Below are positions 38,201 to 49,990 of a stretch of 64,000 nt of DNA, piece by piece. Numbering within the stretch: the first letter of the stretch is position 1; each line of letters starts with the position of its first letter. The stretch lies in assembly GCA_964016885.1 (NCBI GenBank), contig OZ024741.1, positions 270,816,001 through 270,880,000 on the forward strand. The letters run 5' to 3'. Origin of the DNA: Eledone cirrhosa. Taxonomy: Eukaryota. The position numbers and the translations under genes were made by a program. Below the pieces are notes generated by a model, which was not told where the DNA came from, searched no databases, and saw only the letters and a list, made by a program, of their open reading frames with translations.

Positions 38201-39200
38201 TTGGATTTTACTGTCCTGTGTTTTCTTACTTCACCTTCTGTGTTGGATAACACACCTCCACCACTAAAACAACTATCTTAAAAGCTCATTGGCCCATGTG
38301 ACGGGAAATCGCACTTGCGGACGCATTTACCCAATACCCAACCCTACACGGAGCCCTTTGCCGGCCCACATTGCAGTTGCTTGCACGCACGGATTTGGTG
38401 ACACGGATTCTCAACGGGACAGCGGCACACAATGAGTTCGACATGAGCTGATTGCTTGCTCTTCACATTTTTTGGACGATTCGGATGCGTATATACCATA
38501 ACACACACTTGAAGATATGTATGTTACAATTCGATCTATACACGTATAGCAGAACACTGAACTGAACTTACTTGCGCGCACGTGTGTGTGGGTGTGTGTG
38601 TGTAACGTTGGTTAACCCAATATTTCCAATTTACATCGTCAAATTGAGATTTCACCGATATAACTAACTTTCGGTGAGTGCTGTGTTGGTACATTCTTAT
38701 ATGTGTTTTTTCTCGGACATCGCTTCGGTGTGTGTGAAAGTGTGTGTGTACCCACCCACGCTAATTCTACGGCTTTAATACTGTGTTGATGTGTGTATAT
38801 ATATGTATATATTTTTCTTTGACCTCGAGCCGATGTATGTGGATGTGGAGTGTGTGTGTACCCACTCACTTTTAACTGTGACTGACTGTATCCCTACAGA
38901 TTTGATTGATGTCCAGCGTCTTTTGCAGCGATAGAAATCTGAAAACTTTTATGACCTCAACTAAAGCTAATAACAGTCGCCATGTCTCTGACTGACTGGT
39001 GTGTCTTCATATGAGGGAATGAATTCTGTGAGAGAACATCGTTATTTTTTCTCCCTCATATCAAGAATTTGAAGACAATTCATTTTCACCTGATGAGGTC
39101 AGTGATAATCGATCATGGCTTCACAATCGATCTATCTCTTATTGAAACATGTGTCGTGATTAAATGATTGGAATTTTACCTTGCCTTCGGATTTTCATTT
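35255..39200 (+). mobile_element. Penelope-like element (RT, linker, GIY-YIG; frameshifted) with a long 3' region ending in a HHR
   Basis: HADKTNNLY, FDISNYY, FDITMGSTD, YCDD, NFLDVTL, KIVWYNPPYS, YVGATATEFKGRWYNH; assigning the 3' region to this element is inferred. Confidence 0.85.
39086..39159 (+). ncRNA. Type I HHR
   Basis: tcac-CTGATGA-g...gataatcgat...atcgatctatc...t-GAAAC-atgt-GTC-gtga. Confidence 0.75.
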
Positions 39201-39283
<83 letters not shown>

Positions 39284-39307
39284 TAAATGTAATCTGAGTT
39301 TTTCGAA

Positions 39308-39672
39308 TATTAATAATAACATTCGATTCGTTTGCAATTATGCCATGTCAGTAGAATGAACACTTCATTCTTGCTCTTGTGTTGGCATGCGAACAAAACT
39401 GCAGACACTAATGTTTCTGGGAATCACCCTTCATCAGTCCAGCTCACTGTTCACCTGCCAAACTGTCAGAGCTAGTGAAAATATATGCTATTTTCAAAAA
39501 TACACAGTGACAGATCGGCCTGATTTGCATATTAGCAGAAACATTAGTGTCTGCAGTTCTGTTCGCAATGCCAACATAAGAGAAAGAATGAAGTGTTCAT
39601 TCTACTGACATGGCTATAAAATTGAGGCTTGTTTGCATAATTGCAAACGAATCGAATGTTATTATTAATATA
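39308..39672. repeat. Diverged fold-back inverted repeat
   Basis: TATTAATAATAACATTCGATTCG...CGAATCGAATGTTATTATTAATA. Confidence 0.8.
39399..39442 (-). ncRNA. Minimal type I HHR
   Basis: ctgga-CTGATGA-a ggg tgatt ccc a-GAAAC-attagt-GTC-tgcag. Confidence 0.72.
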
Positions 39673-39865
39673 GGGCGGTGGATTGGCAGTATCGGTAGAG
39701 GGTTGGACGCCATGTTTTCTAGCACAGAGTTACGTCCCTTTACAGTCTGAGTTCAAATCCCGCCGAGGTTAACTTTGCCTTTCATCCTTACGGGGTCGAT
39801 AAAATAAAGTACCAGTAATGTACTGGGATAATTGCTGGCCTTGTGCCAAAAAGTAGAAACAATTA
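39673..39865 (+). mobile_element. tRNA-derived SINE with Meta/MESC-like central domain
   Basis: TGGCAGTATCGG A box, GAGTTCAAATCCC B box, GCCTTTCATCCTTACGGGGTCGATAAAAT. Confidence 0.85.
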
Positions 39866-40008
39866 TTAATATTCGAAAAACTCAGATTACATTTATTGTA
39901 TTCAGCCATGTAGAGCGAAATTTTCTTTTTTATACATATATATATATATATACATATTCCAATATATATACATATATGTATAAATACATATATATATACA
40001 TACATATA

Positions 40009-40104
<96 letters not shown>

Positions 40105-40105
<1 letters not shown>

Positions 40106-40495
40106 CTCGTTTTCGACTACGGCCACTACTTTATGTAGGAGAACCCCCACCGATGCGCTGAACGAGTGTGACTTTTTAGTCCAGCCAACGACTTGAAAAC
40201 TCTGGTACAAACACTTGTGACAATTACTGACACACAGTGCTGGGCCCATGGTACCATGTGACGACAAGTGCAGAGAGATCTCCAGATATAAAGCAATGCC
40301 TGTGCCGTGAAGCTTTTATAGTGAGCAAAGGCACTGCACAAAGCCAGTCCCACTCTCTTAACCAAGATGATATTTACCAACAAGAAGAACAAGTCAACAT
40401 CATTGGATACCATCAGGGTTGCATGTGTTATATCAGCGTTTTCCTTCTCCTAGAATTCTGCCTTGACAAAGGCTAAGGGCTCATCTCTCCCGGAT
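40105..40495 (-). mobile_element. Truncated non-autonomous RTE-derived element
   Basis: Homologous to 7390-7775. Confidence 0.8.
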
Positions 40496-40782
40496 ATATA
40501 TATACATGATGATGGCTGCCCCCTCGTTATCGAGTATGGCCATTGCACGAGAAAAAAAAAATATATAAGAATATATATATATATATACATACACACATAC
40601 ATACACATATACACACGCACATATACACACACACATACATTAATAACAATAATAATAATAATAATAATAACAACAATAATAATAACGACAACAACAATAA
40701 TAATATACATATACATATATATATACACATACACGCACACACATAAGCATATCTACACACACACACACACACACGATAGCAA

Positions 40783-41885
40783 CTAACAGCGCTGCGATCG
40801 AATGTGGCTTTTTAGCCCAGCCAATGATCTAAAATGTTTTGCACAGAGTCGGCAACCAAAACATTCACTGGGAATAGTCGGCTGTGGTTGGAGTTTGTGT
40901 ACTTTTGCATGTCGCTTGAGCCCTCCTGCTGATTTACATTCTCTACCACATGTTTGGCAAGCATGATGAGTAGCATCTCCAACAGCAGCCTGGTAGTCAA
41001 CCACTGGTCTTACTTTATGACTGCGAAGATGACTTTCGAGTCCAGCTTTGCTTAGGCAGAGTCTCGCACAGACGCTACATGTCAGCACCATAGGAGGACC
41101 CTCGCCGTCTGGAAGTGCAACAGCAATGCCCTTCCTCACATCCCGCTTTACTTTCTCGTATGCGATTCGAGATGCCTCAAAGGCAACTTTTCCCTCATAT
41201 ACAGTCTTTCTCCATTTATTATGATCAGCAGCAATATTTTCCCATGTATCAGCAGAGATGTTAGCGTCTTTCAGAGAGGCTTTCAAGGAATCCTTATACC
41301 TCTTTTTTGGTTTATGTGGCGGTCGTTTTCCTTTAACCAACTCTCCATAAAAGAGTTGTTTTGGTATTCTAGAATCCTTCATCCTGGCAAGGTGACAACT
41401 CCAACGGAGTCGTTGCTTAAGCACAAGAGCTTCTATACTGTCACACATAGAGCCTTCCAAAATCTCGATATCACTGATGTGGTCCATCCAGTGAACGCCA
41501 TGGATCCCTCTGAGACACATCTGATGGAAACGCTCCAATTGCTTAAGGTGGTGTCGATATGTGACCCAGGTCTCGCAGGTATAAAGAAGACAAGAGAGCA
41601 CACATGCCCTGTACACCTTTACCTTTGTCCTCCTGCATATGTCTCGCCGACCCCAGAGTCGCCTTTCTAGCTTTCCGAAAGCATCAGTTGCTTTCCTAAT
41701 CCTAAGTAAGATTTCACTGTCAAGGTTGCTGTATCGATTGACAGTGCTTCCTAGGTAGACAAACTGATCAACCACTCCAAGTCGTTTGCCATACACATAG
41801 ATGTTTGGTTCAGTGTACTGCTTACCAGGGGCAGGTTGGTACATGACAACGGTTTTCTTGAGACTGACAGTCAAACCTAGGGCAG
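40783..41885 (-). mobile_element. RTE (BovB-like) LINE 3' fragment with three C2H2-type fingers
   Basis: GLTVSLKKT, FVYLGS, LLYTCETW, RIPKQLFYGEL; CSVC..H..H, CQTC..H..H, CRLC..H. Confidence 0.88.
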
Positions 41886-41959
41886 TGCATACATACATAC
41901 ATACATACATACATACATACATACATACATACATACATACACACATATATATATATACA

Positions 41960-42570
41960 TGGTGGCTGCCAACTCGTTTTCGAGTACGGCCACTACTTTA
42001 TATCCATGTAGGAGAACCCCTACCGATGCGCTGAACGAGTGTGACTTTTTAGTCCAGCCAGCGACTTGAAAACTCTGGTACAAACACTACACTTGTGACA
42101 ATTATTGACACATAGTGCTGGGCCCATGGTACCATGTGACGACAAGTGCAGAGAGATCTCCAGATATAAAGCAATGCCTGTGCCGTGAAGCTTTTATAGT
42201 GAGCAAAGGCACTGCACAAAGCCAGTCCCACTCTCTTAACCAAGATGATATTTACCAAAAAGAAGAACAAGTCAACATCATTGGATACCATCAGGGTTGC
42301 AGGTGTTATATCAGAGTTTTCCTTCTCCTAGAATTATGCCTTGACAAAGGCTAAGGGTTCATCTCTCCCGGTGATTTTGGATGGCCATTGACTCTCAAGA
42401 GCTCCTTTGCCCTTTGACAGGTTTTGTTTTTAGTCCTGCAGGATGTCCAAAGTCCCCCTCCTCACCAAGAAACCTTGGTGGGGTTGCCAGTTTAGTCGCC
42501 AACGACCCGACCATGGGACAGGTTGTACTGGGATACATGTTACCAGTAGCACCAACTGGTGACCTGACAT
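41960..42570 (-). mobile_element. ~600-bp non-autonomous RTE-derived element
   Basis: Homologous to 7188-7785; flanked by (TATG)n. Confidence 0.8.
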
Positions 42571-42612
42571 AGTATACATATACATACATACATATATATA
42601 TATATACATATA

Positions 42613-42674
<62 letters not shown>

Positions 42675-42869
42675 CACACATATACATATGTATACATATA
42701 TATATATATATACATATACATACATACATACATACATACATACATACATACATACATACATAGATACATACATACATACATACATACATACATACATACA
42801 TACATACATACATACATACATACATACATACATACATACATTCATACATACATATATGTATATGTATAT

Positions 42870-43295
42870 ATATCAAAATGAAAATCCGAAGGCAAGGTAA
42901 AATTCCAATCATTTAATCACGACACAAGTTTCAATAAGAGATAGATCGATTGTGAAGCCATGATCGATTATCACTGATCTCATCAGGTGAAAATGAATTG
43001 TCTTCAAATTCTTGATATGAGGGAGAAAAAAATAACGATGTTCTCTCACAGAATTCATTCCCTCATATGAAGACACACCAGTCAGAGACATGGCCACTGC
43101 TATTAACTTCAGTTGAGGTCATAAAAGTTGTCGGATTTCTAACGCTGCAAAAGACGCTGGACATCAATCAAATCTGTAGGGATACAGTCAGTCACAGTTA
43201 AAAGTGAGTGGGTACACACACACTCCACATCCACATACATCGGCTCGAGGTCAAAGAAAGAAATATATACATATATATACACACATCAACACACC
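42870..43295 (-). repeat. Inverted copy of the HHR-bearing segment at ~38780-39205
   Basis: Reverse complement of the Penelope-adjacent terminal ~430 bp. Confidence 0.88.
42917..42990 (-). ncRNA. Type I HHR (twin of 39086)
   Basis: tcac-CTGATGA-gatcag...ttatt-GAAAC-ttgt-GTC-gtga. Confidence 0.72.
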
Positions 43296-43350
43296 ATATA
43301 TATATATATATATATAGTATAAAATTGAACGGGAACAAAACAGAGAGGCA

Positions 43351-43466
<116 letters not shown>

Positions 43467-43599
43467 TGTGTTGATGTGTGTATATATATGTATATATATG
43501 TATATAGATATACATATATATATATATATAAATATATATACATATATATATATACTCTTTTACTGTTTTACCTGGTCCAGCCATCCGGCTGAGGCCAAT

Positions 43600-44100
43600 A
43601 TATATATTGGAATTTCGTATTTCTAAAGAAATACGGAATGTTTATAAATAAACATTTAGAAAGCCGTAGCTATGCAAAGGCATCGGCAGCGACGCCACTT
43701 GTCGGTGTCCAGCAGAAACAAGGAGGACAATTGTCGTTGCATTTTGAACTAAATTGGTACTCATCAGGACGATCCCTCTTGCTCTTGCAACTGATGGACT
43801 TTGCAAACAGGCGATGATATCTGTAAATGAAGTGATTAATCTCATTTGCAGAGAAAATTGTATATTCTCAAGAAAACTATATATTATCGTCTGTTTTCAA
43901 TGTCCAGCAGTTGCAAGAGCGGGAGGGATAGTCCTGATGAGAACCAGTTCAGTTTGAAATGCATCAGTGATTGTCCCTCTTGCTTCTGCCGGACACCACC
44001 AGGAGGTGTTAGCTGCTGGTGATTTTGCATAACTACGGCTTTCTAAATGTATAATTATAAACATACCATATTTCTTTAGAAATACGAAATTCCAATATAT
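43600..44100. repeat. Old, diverged fold-back repeat with decayed HHRs in both arms (43733-43770 minus, 43931-43968 plus)
   Basis: Arms ATATTGGAATTTCGTATTTCTAAAG / CTTTAGAAATACGAAATTCCAATAT; combined consensus gtc-CTGATGA-gaac..gttc-GAAAT-gc-ATC-gac. Confidence 0.7.
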
Positions 44101-44171
44101 CTGTATACAGCTATGCTCGAAGCTAAATTCTAATTCAATATATATATTTAAAATTACATATGTAAATATAG

Positions 44172-44550
44172 TGCAGGGCGATCAAAATTGATGGAAGTTA
44201 CGGAGTAGGTAGACCCAGAAAAATCTGGGACGATTTGATAAATTCCGACCTTACACACTTGCACCTCTCTAAGACAATGTCACGACAAAAAAAAACACGT
44301 GTGACGACAAAAAAACACACAGTCCATGCTGTAATGTGGTCGTGTAGGTAACACAGTAAAAAGCTCCCAGTCCACACTGTAAATGTGGTTGGTGTTAGGA
44401 AGGGCATCCAGCCATAGAAAACCTGCCAGAGAGTCCTATACAAGCGAGACACGGTCACCCGACGAATCTTGCCTCAAGTGGGACAATTCCCATCTAACCC
44501 ATGCTAGCGTGGAAGATAGACGTTAAACGATGATGATGATGATGATGATG
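44172..44550 (+). mobile_element. RTE 3' fragment with an internal deletion
   Basis: AAGACAATGTCAC joined to GACAAAA through a TGTCAC microhomology; (GAT)n tail. Confidence 0.8.
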
Positions 44551-44904
44551 AATATACATACATATCATCATCATCATCACCATTTAACGTCCATTTTTCA
44601 CACTAGCATGGGTTAGATGGGTTGTCCTATTTGTGACATACTTATACCTAATTTTGTCTCATTTAAAAATTTATTTTAACAATAGCTTCATTGATTCCAT
44701 ATTTCCAATGGACCAATCATTTGTGTACTCTATTTACAACGATGAGAGTGATAAGGGAGCAACTGTGTAACTTGGTGCAGAACTATTATTACCGTGTATT
44801 TTGCGTTCAAAATTACTGTTCATCCGTTTCTTTGTTGATCTTTACATCTTTCACTGATATACAATGGCAAAAAAGTATCCACATATATATAAATATATAC
44901 ACAC

Positions 44905-45500
44905 ATCATTTTATGTCCGCTTTTCCCTGCTTGCAAGGGTGGGACGGTTCCTATTCAGCACAGCATCACTCCACTTGTCACAGTCCTTCGTCATCTCCAT
45001 CATGAGCTTCAGCGATCGTACGAAAGGCTGGTTATATGATGCCTGAGTGAGGAGCGCGATGCTGCATGGTAGAGAGACATGGGCAGCAACTGCAGAGGAT
45101 ATGCGACGGCTGGAGAGAAATGAGGCAAGCATGCTCCGTTGGATGTGCAATGTCAATATGCGTGAACGACCCAGTATGAATGTGTTGAGAGAGAAACTGT
45201 GTCTGAGAGGGAGAGAATGTAGTGTGCGAGAGAGGAGACTGCGGTGGTATGGACATGTGATGCGCACGGAGGATGACCGATGGGTGAAGAAGTGCCAGGA
45301 AATGCCAGTTAAAGGAAGACGTGGTAGAGGTAGACCACGAAAAACATGGACGGAGGTGGTGAGAACAGACCTCAGATCGCTGAAGCTCACGGTGGAGATG
45401 ACGAAGGACCGTGACAAGTGGAGAGATGCTTGTTGAAAAAGACCCGTCCCACCCTTCCAAGCAGGGAAAAGCGGACGTAAAATGATGATTATGATGATGA
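44905..45500. mobile_element. Two divergently oriented 3' fragments of a short-3'-UTR RTE subfamily
   Basis: ORF 45047-45436 on plus; an inverted 3' end at 44905-45018. Confidence 0.8.
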
Positions 45501-45952
45501 TATATATATATATATATATATGTGTACACATATACACACACACACATTCGTGTTTACTTCTCAACCCATTGCCACCATTATGTTTACACACACGCTTGTA
45601 CTTTTCACCCTGAGTTCCTATGGCTTTCTTATAGTCAGAAACATATCCTCTTACAGCTGATACAGACCAACAAAATATGCTTACACACACCTCTACTTTT
45701 CCCTTCACAGCTCTACACACACACACACACTCCCTTATATTAACATACTTTTGTTCACAGCTTCGTATGAATGTATAACAAACACACACACACACGTATA
45801 CACAGGTGCACACATATAGCTCTATATACAAAATGTTTTTTTTCCCCTTTCAGATAGACATGCTCCATCATCAACTTTTCTAAAAAAGTATATCATAGTT
45901 TTCCAAGAGATGGCAACATCAAAGGACCTGTTATTTTTCTCTAAAAAATGTT

Positions 45953-46529
45953 TAGAGAGAGAGGCTGAGCATAAGCGGAATCAAAAGCTGTGTGCAGGAG
46001 AGGAGGTTGCGTTGGTATGGACATATGATGTGTATGAAGGATGACAGCTGCATAAAAAGGTGCAGAGCACTAGAAGTCGATGGAAACTTCGAAGTGGAGA
46101 GACCCAAGCAGACCTGGGGTGAGGTGATAAAAGCGGACTTTACCCAATTGCACCTCTCAAAGGCGATGACACAGGACCGTGACCTATGGCGATACACAGT
46201 AATACAGAAGACCCGACCCCTCACGGGTATAAGCCAAAGCTGAAGCATACAGACAATATGCCCCCACCCCTTCCCACTGCAAAGTGGTTGTGTAGGTGTC
46301 ACAACAAAAAAGCACCCAGCCCACACTGTAAAGTGGACGTGTAGGCGCCACGGAAAAAAAGCACCCGGCACTCACGGTAAATGAGGTTGGTGCTAGGAAG
46401 GGCATCCAGCTGTAGAAATCAAGCCAAAATCAGTTCCCGTATGACAAGACAAGGTCAACCGACCGGGCACTGCCTACAACAGGATGGAAGAACGGATGTA
46501 AAACGGTGATGATGATGATGATGATGATG
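45953..46529 (+). mobile_element. RTE subfamily 3' fragment
   Basis: ORF 45992-46243; GGAAGGGCATCCAG module; (GAT)n tail. Confidence 0.85.
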
Positions 46530-47460
46530 CATACACATTAGGGTTTCAGTAAAGTTTCTGTCTACCAAATTTCACTTGCACGGTACTGGTCAACTTGAGC
46601 CTACAGTAGAAGACACTTGCTTAAAGTACTGCAGATTGGGATTGAACGCAATACATAACTTACCTTATTAGAATTAAACTAAGAGCATTATAACATACTA
46701 GCAGAAAAACCACCCATCGTGTGGTTTTCTGCTAGTATGTGCAGTGTGCATATTTATATTATATGCAAATATACATGCATGTAGATATATGTCAAATAAA
46801 ATCACAATTGTCAATATGCACAGAAATTAAAGAGAGACTGTGTTAATCTCCCTCCTGTAATCAGTAAAGTAATCCATGATACATTTAAAAAAGATATTAT
46901 ATATAAACTGCATTACGGTGAAATGTAAGGAAACCTTATATAATGGTGCAAATATATGGATGTTTATATAAGCGATGTAATAAGTGTTATTATATAACAG
47001 TAATAAGTACCAGTAATGCACTGGGATAATTGCTGGCCTTGTTCCAAAAGTAGAAACAATTATTCTATGTACTATACATGCACTTTTGATGAGTTGTAGT
47101 GCACCTGTGCACTGTACACATAACTTTCAATATTATATTATTATATGAGTTCAAATCCCGTCGAGGTTAACTTTGCCTTTCATCCTTACGGGGTCGATAA
47201 AATAAAGTACCAGTAATGCACTGGGTAATTGCTGGCCTTGTGCCTAAAGTAGAAACAAATATTATATTATTATACATTATTATGTACAAATTGGTATCTG
47301 TCTCTTGTCAGCCATTGTTTGGTCCATAAGTACTTATTTCTATGTATAATGATGCAGATATGTTGGTGCATGAGGAGTTAAATCACCACCACACATCCAC
47401 TAACTCACAATAGTCTATATAAATTATATTTCTAGAATGTCAGACTGTCAACAAACACTG

Positions 47461-47686
47461 TTAACCCTTTAGCATTTAAACCGGCTGTCTGGCCAGAATT
47501 CTCTCATCTCTTTCAGTTCAAACTAGCCATAACTAGCTGCTCATACTGATGTTAAGGTATTGTTCTCAAAATAAATAACATCAAAATCTCGTGCATTCAA
47601 TATTATGTGGGATATTATGTGAGGTAAAGCCTTTACCATGAAAATACAATAGTAAATATAGAGTAATGTAAATTGTAAAGGGTTAA
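47461..47686. mobile_element. piggyBac-type (TTAA) MITE
   Basis: TTAA-CCCTTTAGCATTT...TAAAGGG-TTAA. Confidence 0.75.
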
Positions 47687-48302
47687 ATGTTCAAATATCT
47701 TTAATATTACCAATGAATTGTCAGTTTGTTGACCCCCCAACCCATCCTATTTTATAACGAATGGGATTTCTAGTAATGTACTTTGTTTTATCATGTATAA
47801 TGTTTTGTGAATGTCTAAAGAAAATTAAATGTCACAAGAATGCTTCCATTTAAAATAAAATTTTGCTGGAGATAGATGAGCAAAATTTGATAAGTGGTAG
47901 TGTGGGGGTGGAATAAGAGCGGGGAGGGAAAATCTGAAAAATTAATAAGCGGGGGAATGTGGATGACGATGATTATTTGAGACCCAAGAGTAGTCCATCA
48001 ATGCCACAAGGTGAAAGTTTTAAAGTAACTTAGCAACACAATTACAATATCTTCAGATTTCAAAATAACACTCTATTAACCGTTTTGATATCAACCCACC
48101 TGACAAAGATTCTTTGTTTGAAAATGTTTATATTTATCTAAAAATCCTTCCATTGTAAATTTTTTTATGAAAACCTTTCTTAAGTTATGTTCCAAACACC
48201 AATGTAATAATGAGAACATTAACTATATTAGTAAATCCCTCAAAATGCTTGATTATTTTGAAAATAACTAGTAGTGTCTTACATTAGAAATACTGTCTTA
48301 AA

Positions 48303-48635
48303 GGCTTGCTTCGGGCATGAATGACCATGGCGTTTGCACCTAGAAAGTTTCCCCTCCGAGGTACAAGTCCGGGCAAGGTACATTTATGGAAGACCAGCAG
48401 TCACCCATGCATACAAGCCTCCTCTCTCCACGCCACTGATGTTGTCCAAGGGAAAGACAATGGCCAAAACAGCTTGGCACTAGTGACCTCACAACTCATT
48501 TCTACAGCTGAGTAAACTGGAGCAATGTAAAATAAAGTGTCTTGTTCAAGGGTGCAATGCACCACCCAGTCTGGCATTCGAATTCACAACCTTCAATTGT
48601 GAAGTCAACACAACTCCTAAACCACACTCCTTCAC
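48303..48635 (-). mobile_element. CORE-like tRNA SINE (related copies ~52425-52600, ~57715-58028)
   Basis: Reverse complement of the 7873 head/core (ATAAAGTGTCTTG..CAAGG). Confidence 0.7.
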
Positions 48636-48666
48636 TAAAAATACGGTAACATAAGGTTAAATAGCT

Positions 48667-49125
48667 TTAAAACTTTAACATTTAAACCGGCTGTATCTGG
48701 CCAGAATTCTCTCACTTCATTCTGTTCAAACTGGCCATAACTGGTCACTAATACTGATGTTAAGGTATTGTTCTCAAAGTAAATAATGGTTTCTTATATA
48801 GGCACAAGGCCAATAATTTTTTTTTGGGGGGGAGGGGAAAGTCGATTAAATCGACCCCAGTGCGTGACTGGTACTTTATTTTATCGACCCCATAAGGATG
48901 AAAGGCAAAGTTAACCTCAGCGGGATTTGAGCTCAGATCATAAAGTACCGTAACTCTATGCTGCAAAGTATGGTGTCCGACCCTCTACCGATACTGCCAA
49001 TCCACCGCCCTCAAAGTAAATAATGTCAAAATCTCAGATTTGATATTATGTAAGATAATTATGTGAGGTAAAGTGTTTATTGTGTTAATACAATAGTATA
49101 TATATAGTGTAGTGTAAAGGGTTAA
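48667..49125. mobile_element. TTAA MITE interrupted by a SINE
   Basis: Same internal sequence as 47461-47686; AAAGGGTTAA end. Confidence 0.7.
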
Positions 49126-49404
49126 AGAATATATATGTTGGAGAAGCCTGGGTTTACGTAATTATTGCGTAGGGACTGTGTTGAGAGAAGCATTATGGTT
49201 TGTAATGGCTACAATCAATTGTTAAATAATTGTTTCTACTTTTGGCACAAGGCCAGCAATTATCCCAATGTATTACTGGTACTTTATTTTATCGACCCCG
49301 TAAGGATGAAAGGCAAAGTTAACCTCGGTGGGATTTGAACTCAGAATGGCTGCAAAGCATGGCGTCAGACCCTCTACCGATACTGCCATCCACCGTGACA
49401 ATTG

Positions 49405-49990
49405 ATAGGGAGTGACAGACGCTACACTCCTATCAAGGTGATATATCTCAGCTGTGGTAGACTCTACACCCCAGTCTAGGTGGTATATTTCAGCTGTGGT
49501 AGGGAGTGACAGACTCTATACCCCTGTGAAGGTGATATATCTCACTGTGGTAGGCTCTACACCCCAGTCTAGGTGGTATATCACAGATGTGGGTGGGTGG
49601 CTCTACACCCTAGTCTAGGTGGTATATCACAGCTGTGAGTGGCTGACTACACCCCAGTCTAGGTGGTATATCTCTGCTGTGGTAGGGAGTGACAGAATCT
49701 ACACCCCAGTCTCGGTGGTATATCTCTGCTGTGGTAGGCTCTACACCCCAGTCTAGGTGGTATATCTCAGCTATGGTAGGGAGTGTTAGACTCTACACCC
49801 CAGTGTAGGTGGTATATGCCAACTGTGGTAGGGAGTGACAGACTTTACACCCCAGTCTAGATGGTATGTCTCAGCTGTGGGAGGGGACTGGTAGACGCTA
49901 CACCCCTGTCAAGGGTATATATCTCAGCTGTGAGAGGGGAGTGATAGACTCTACACCCCAGTCGAAATGGTATATATATATCAGCTGTGC
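49405..49990. repeat. Degenerate minisatellite, ~40-52-bp units
   Basis: CTCTACACCCCAGTCTAGGTGGTATATCTCAGCTGTGG repeated ~12 times. Confidence 0.9.

Noticed and set aside
45835-45950. Possible splice acceptor (TTTTTTCCCCTTTCAG) and host exon
   Set aside because: No recognisable protein or clear donor site; cannot be supported without RNA data
49405-49990. Repeat/spacer-like pattern
   Set aside because: The variable parts are versions of the same GGGAGTGACAG motif, so this is a minisatellite
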